Positions 62,880 to 64,000 of a stretch of DNA of 64,000 nt are shown here, in pieces (position 1 is the first letter of the stretch; every line of letters starts with the position of its first letter). The position numbers and the translations under genes are program-made. A model generated the notes under the pieces. That model did not search any database. It worked only from the letters and a program-made list of their open reading frames with translations, and was not told where the DNA came from. Source of the DNA: Bispira polyomma (lineage: Eukaryota); the NCBI GenBank assembly GCA_965649765.1, contig OZ287758.1, forward strand, positions 13,330,001 through 13,394,000. Direction: 5' to 3'.

Positions 62880-64000
62880 TTTAAACGTTTTTTGGGTGTA
62901 ATTTTAAACAGGCAGGTTGGATTTTTTTTAGCTCTGACAAAGTTTTAATTTTTGTACATTTCCGGCATCAACATAAAAAAGATGTGATATAAAGAAATAA
63001 GGGATTAGTGACATCACCTGGATAGAAATAATGACAGATTGATATGTAAAACATGTTTTTTATGTGATTTCAGTTTAAAAATATTGTGTGTAATATTACC
63101 AAAACCAGTGAAGCATAAAGAGAACCAAAGAGGGGTTGACAGAGAAAATGTGTGCTAATCAACAGAGTTAATATATTGAAAGTACTTGTGGACAGGTCTA
63201 GTGAACTAGGGGCCAAAACCAGTAAAGCATTAAGTGCACCAAAAATAGGCTGACAGAGTTATACTGGCAGTATATGTTGACAAGTCTAGTGAACTGGGAA
63301 CTTTGTGTTTTAACATTTCATTTGAGTTTAGCCAGTACTAATTGAAAGTGTCCTAAATATAGACCTATTCTGTGACAAGTACATCTAAATATATAAGGAA
63401 GGTAGAAAAGAATGTGGCAGAAAATATAGGATTTATTGTGTCTTGTTCATAGCAAATAGATACCAATTGTAAGTAAAACATAAAAAATTGCCACAGACAA
63501 TACAAGTCAAATAAGGGTTATAAAGATGTCTAACCGGACTCCCCAAACTAAGAGACCCAATACAGATATGACATATTCTCCAGAAGGGCAATTGATGGAT
63601 AAAGAAACGACTATTAGACACTTATCTAACACCAGTAAAAGAAGAATTGAGTGATTTAAAAAATAAATTTGAGGTTCAACAATTGGAGCACAGAGAGGCT
63701 TTAAATACAGTAAAAGAAGAAATGAAGCAATTACAAGCTGAAAATGTGACATTGAAGCAGCAGTTGAGGAGAGTTGAGCATTTTCAAAGGAAGAATAACC
63801 CCAGAATTGTCGGTATACCAAAGGTTAAAGACGAAAATTTGGACACTTGTGTAATTAGACAATGACTGTCTAAATCATGACCAACAGTTTCATGAGAAGA
63901 CACTAGAGCGCATACACCGATTAGGCCCATTTAAGAGAGGGATAACCAGGGTAGTGATTGCAAGGTTTACAAATTTTTAGGACAAAATCACGGCCTTGCA
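62880..64000 (+). mobile_element. 5' part of the second copy of the NADAR-bearing L1/Tx1-type LINE (ORF1 from 63526), cut by the window end
   Basis: Near-identical to 23260-24379. Confidence 0.85.

Larger units (their letters stand above)
44050..64000 (+). repeat. Segmental duplication unit 2 (copy of 3764-24379), running off the window
   Basis: Collinear and near-identical to unit 1; offset 39613-39621 over the GAL3ST region. Confidence 0.95.

Overview
AT-rich animal (invertebrate-like) nuclear DNA, not prokaryotic. The only host genes are a minus-strand tandem array of galactose-3-O-sulfotransferase-family (GAL3ST-like) genes. Two copies are intact and near-identical (19321-21070, 58934-60683; signal-anchor exon plus large catalytic exon). 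Between them is a more diverged copy with an in-frame TGA and no membrane-anchor exon (31879-33110). About 20 kb (3764-24379) recurs about 40 kb downstream (44050-64000+). The rest is nested transposons: decayed tyrosine-recombinase (DIRS/Ngaro-type) retrotransposons of about four families, three LINE families, an IR/DR Tc1-like element, Harbinger- and Kolobok-like MITEs, and a tRNA-derived SINE. The most notable observation is that two unrelated LINEs each carry a recognisable enzyme-like domain at the 3' end of ORF1. An L1/Tx1-type element carries a NADAR (YbiA) domain (24509-24949), and a CR1-group element carries an IMPACT/YigZ (UPF0029) domain (about 11950-12290 and 50060-50401). All domain calls are motif recognition by eye; no searches were run, so novelty is unverified.
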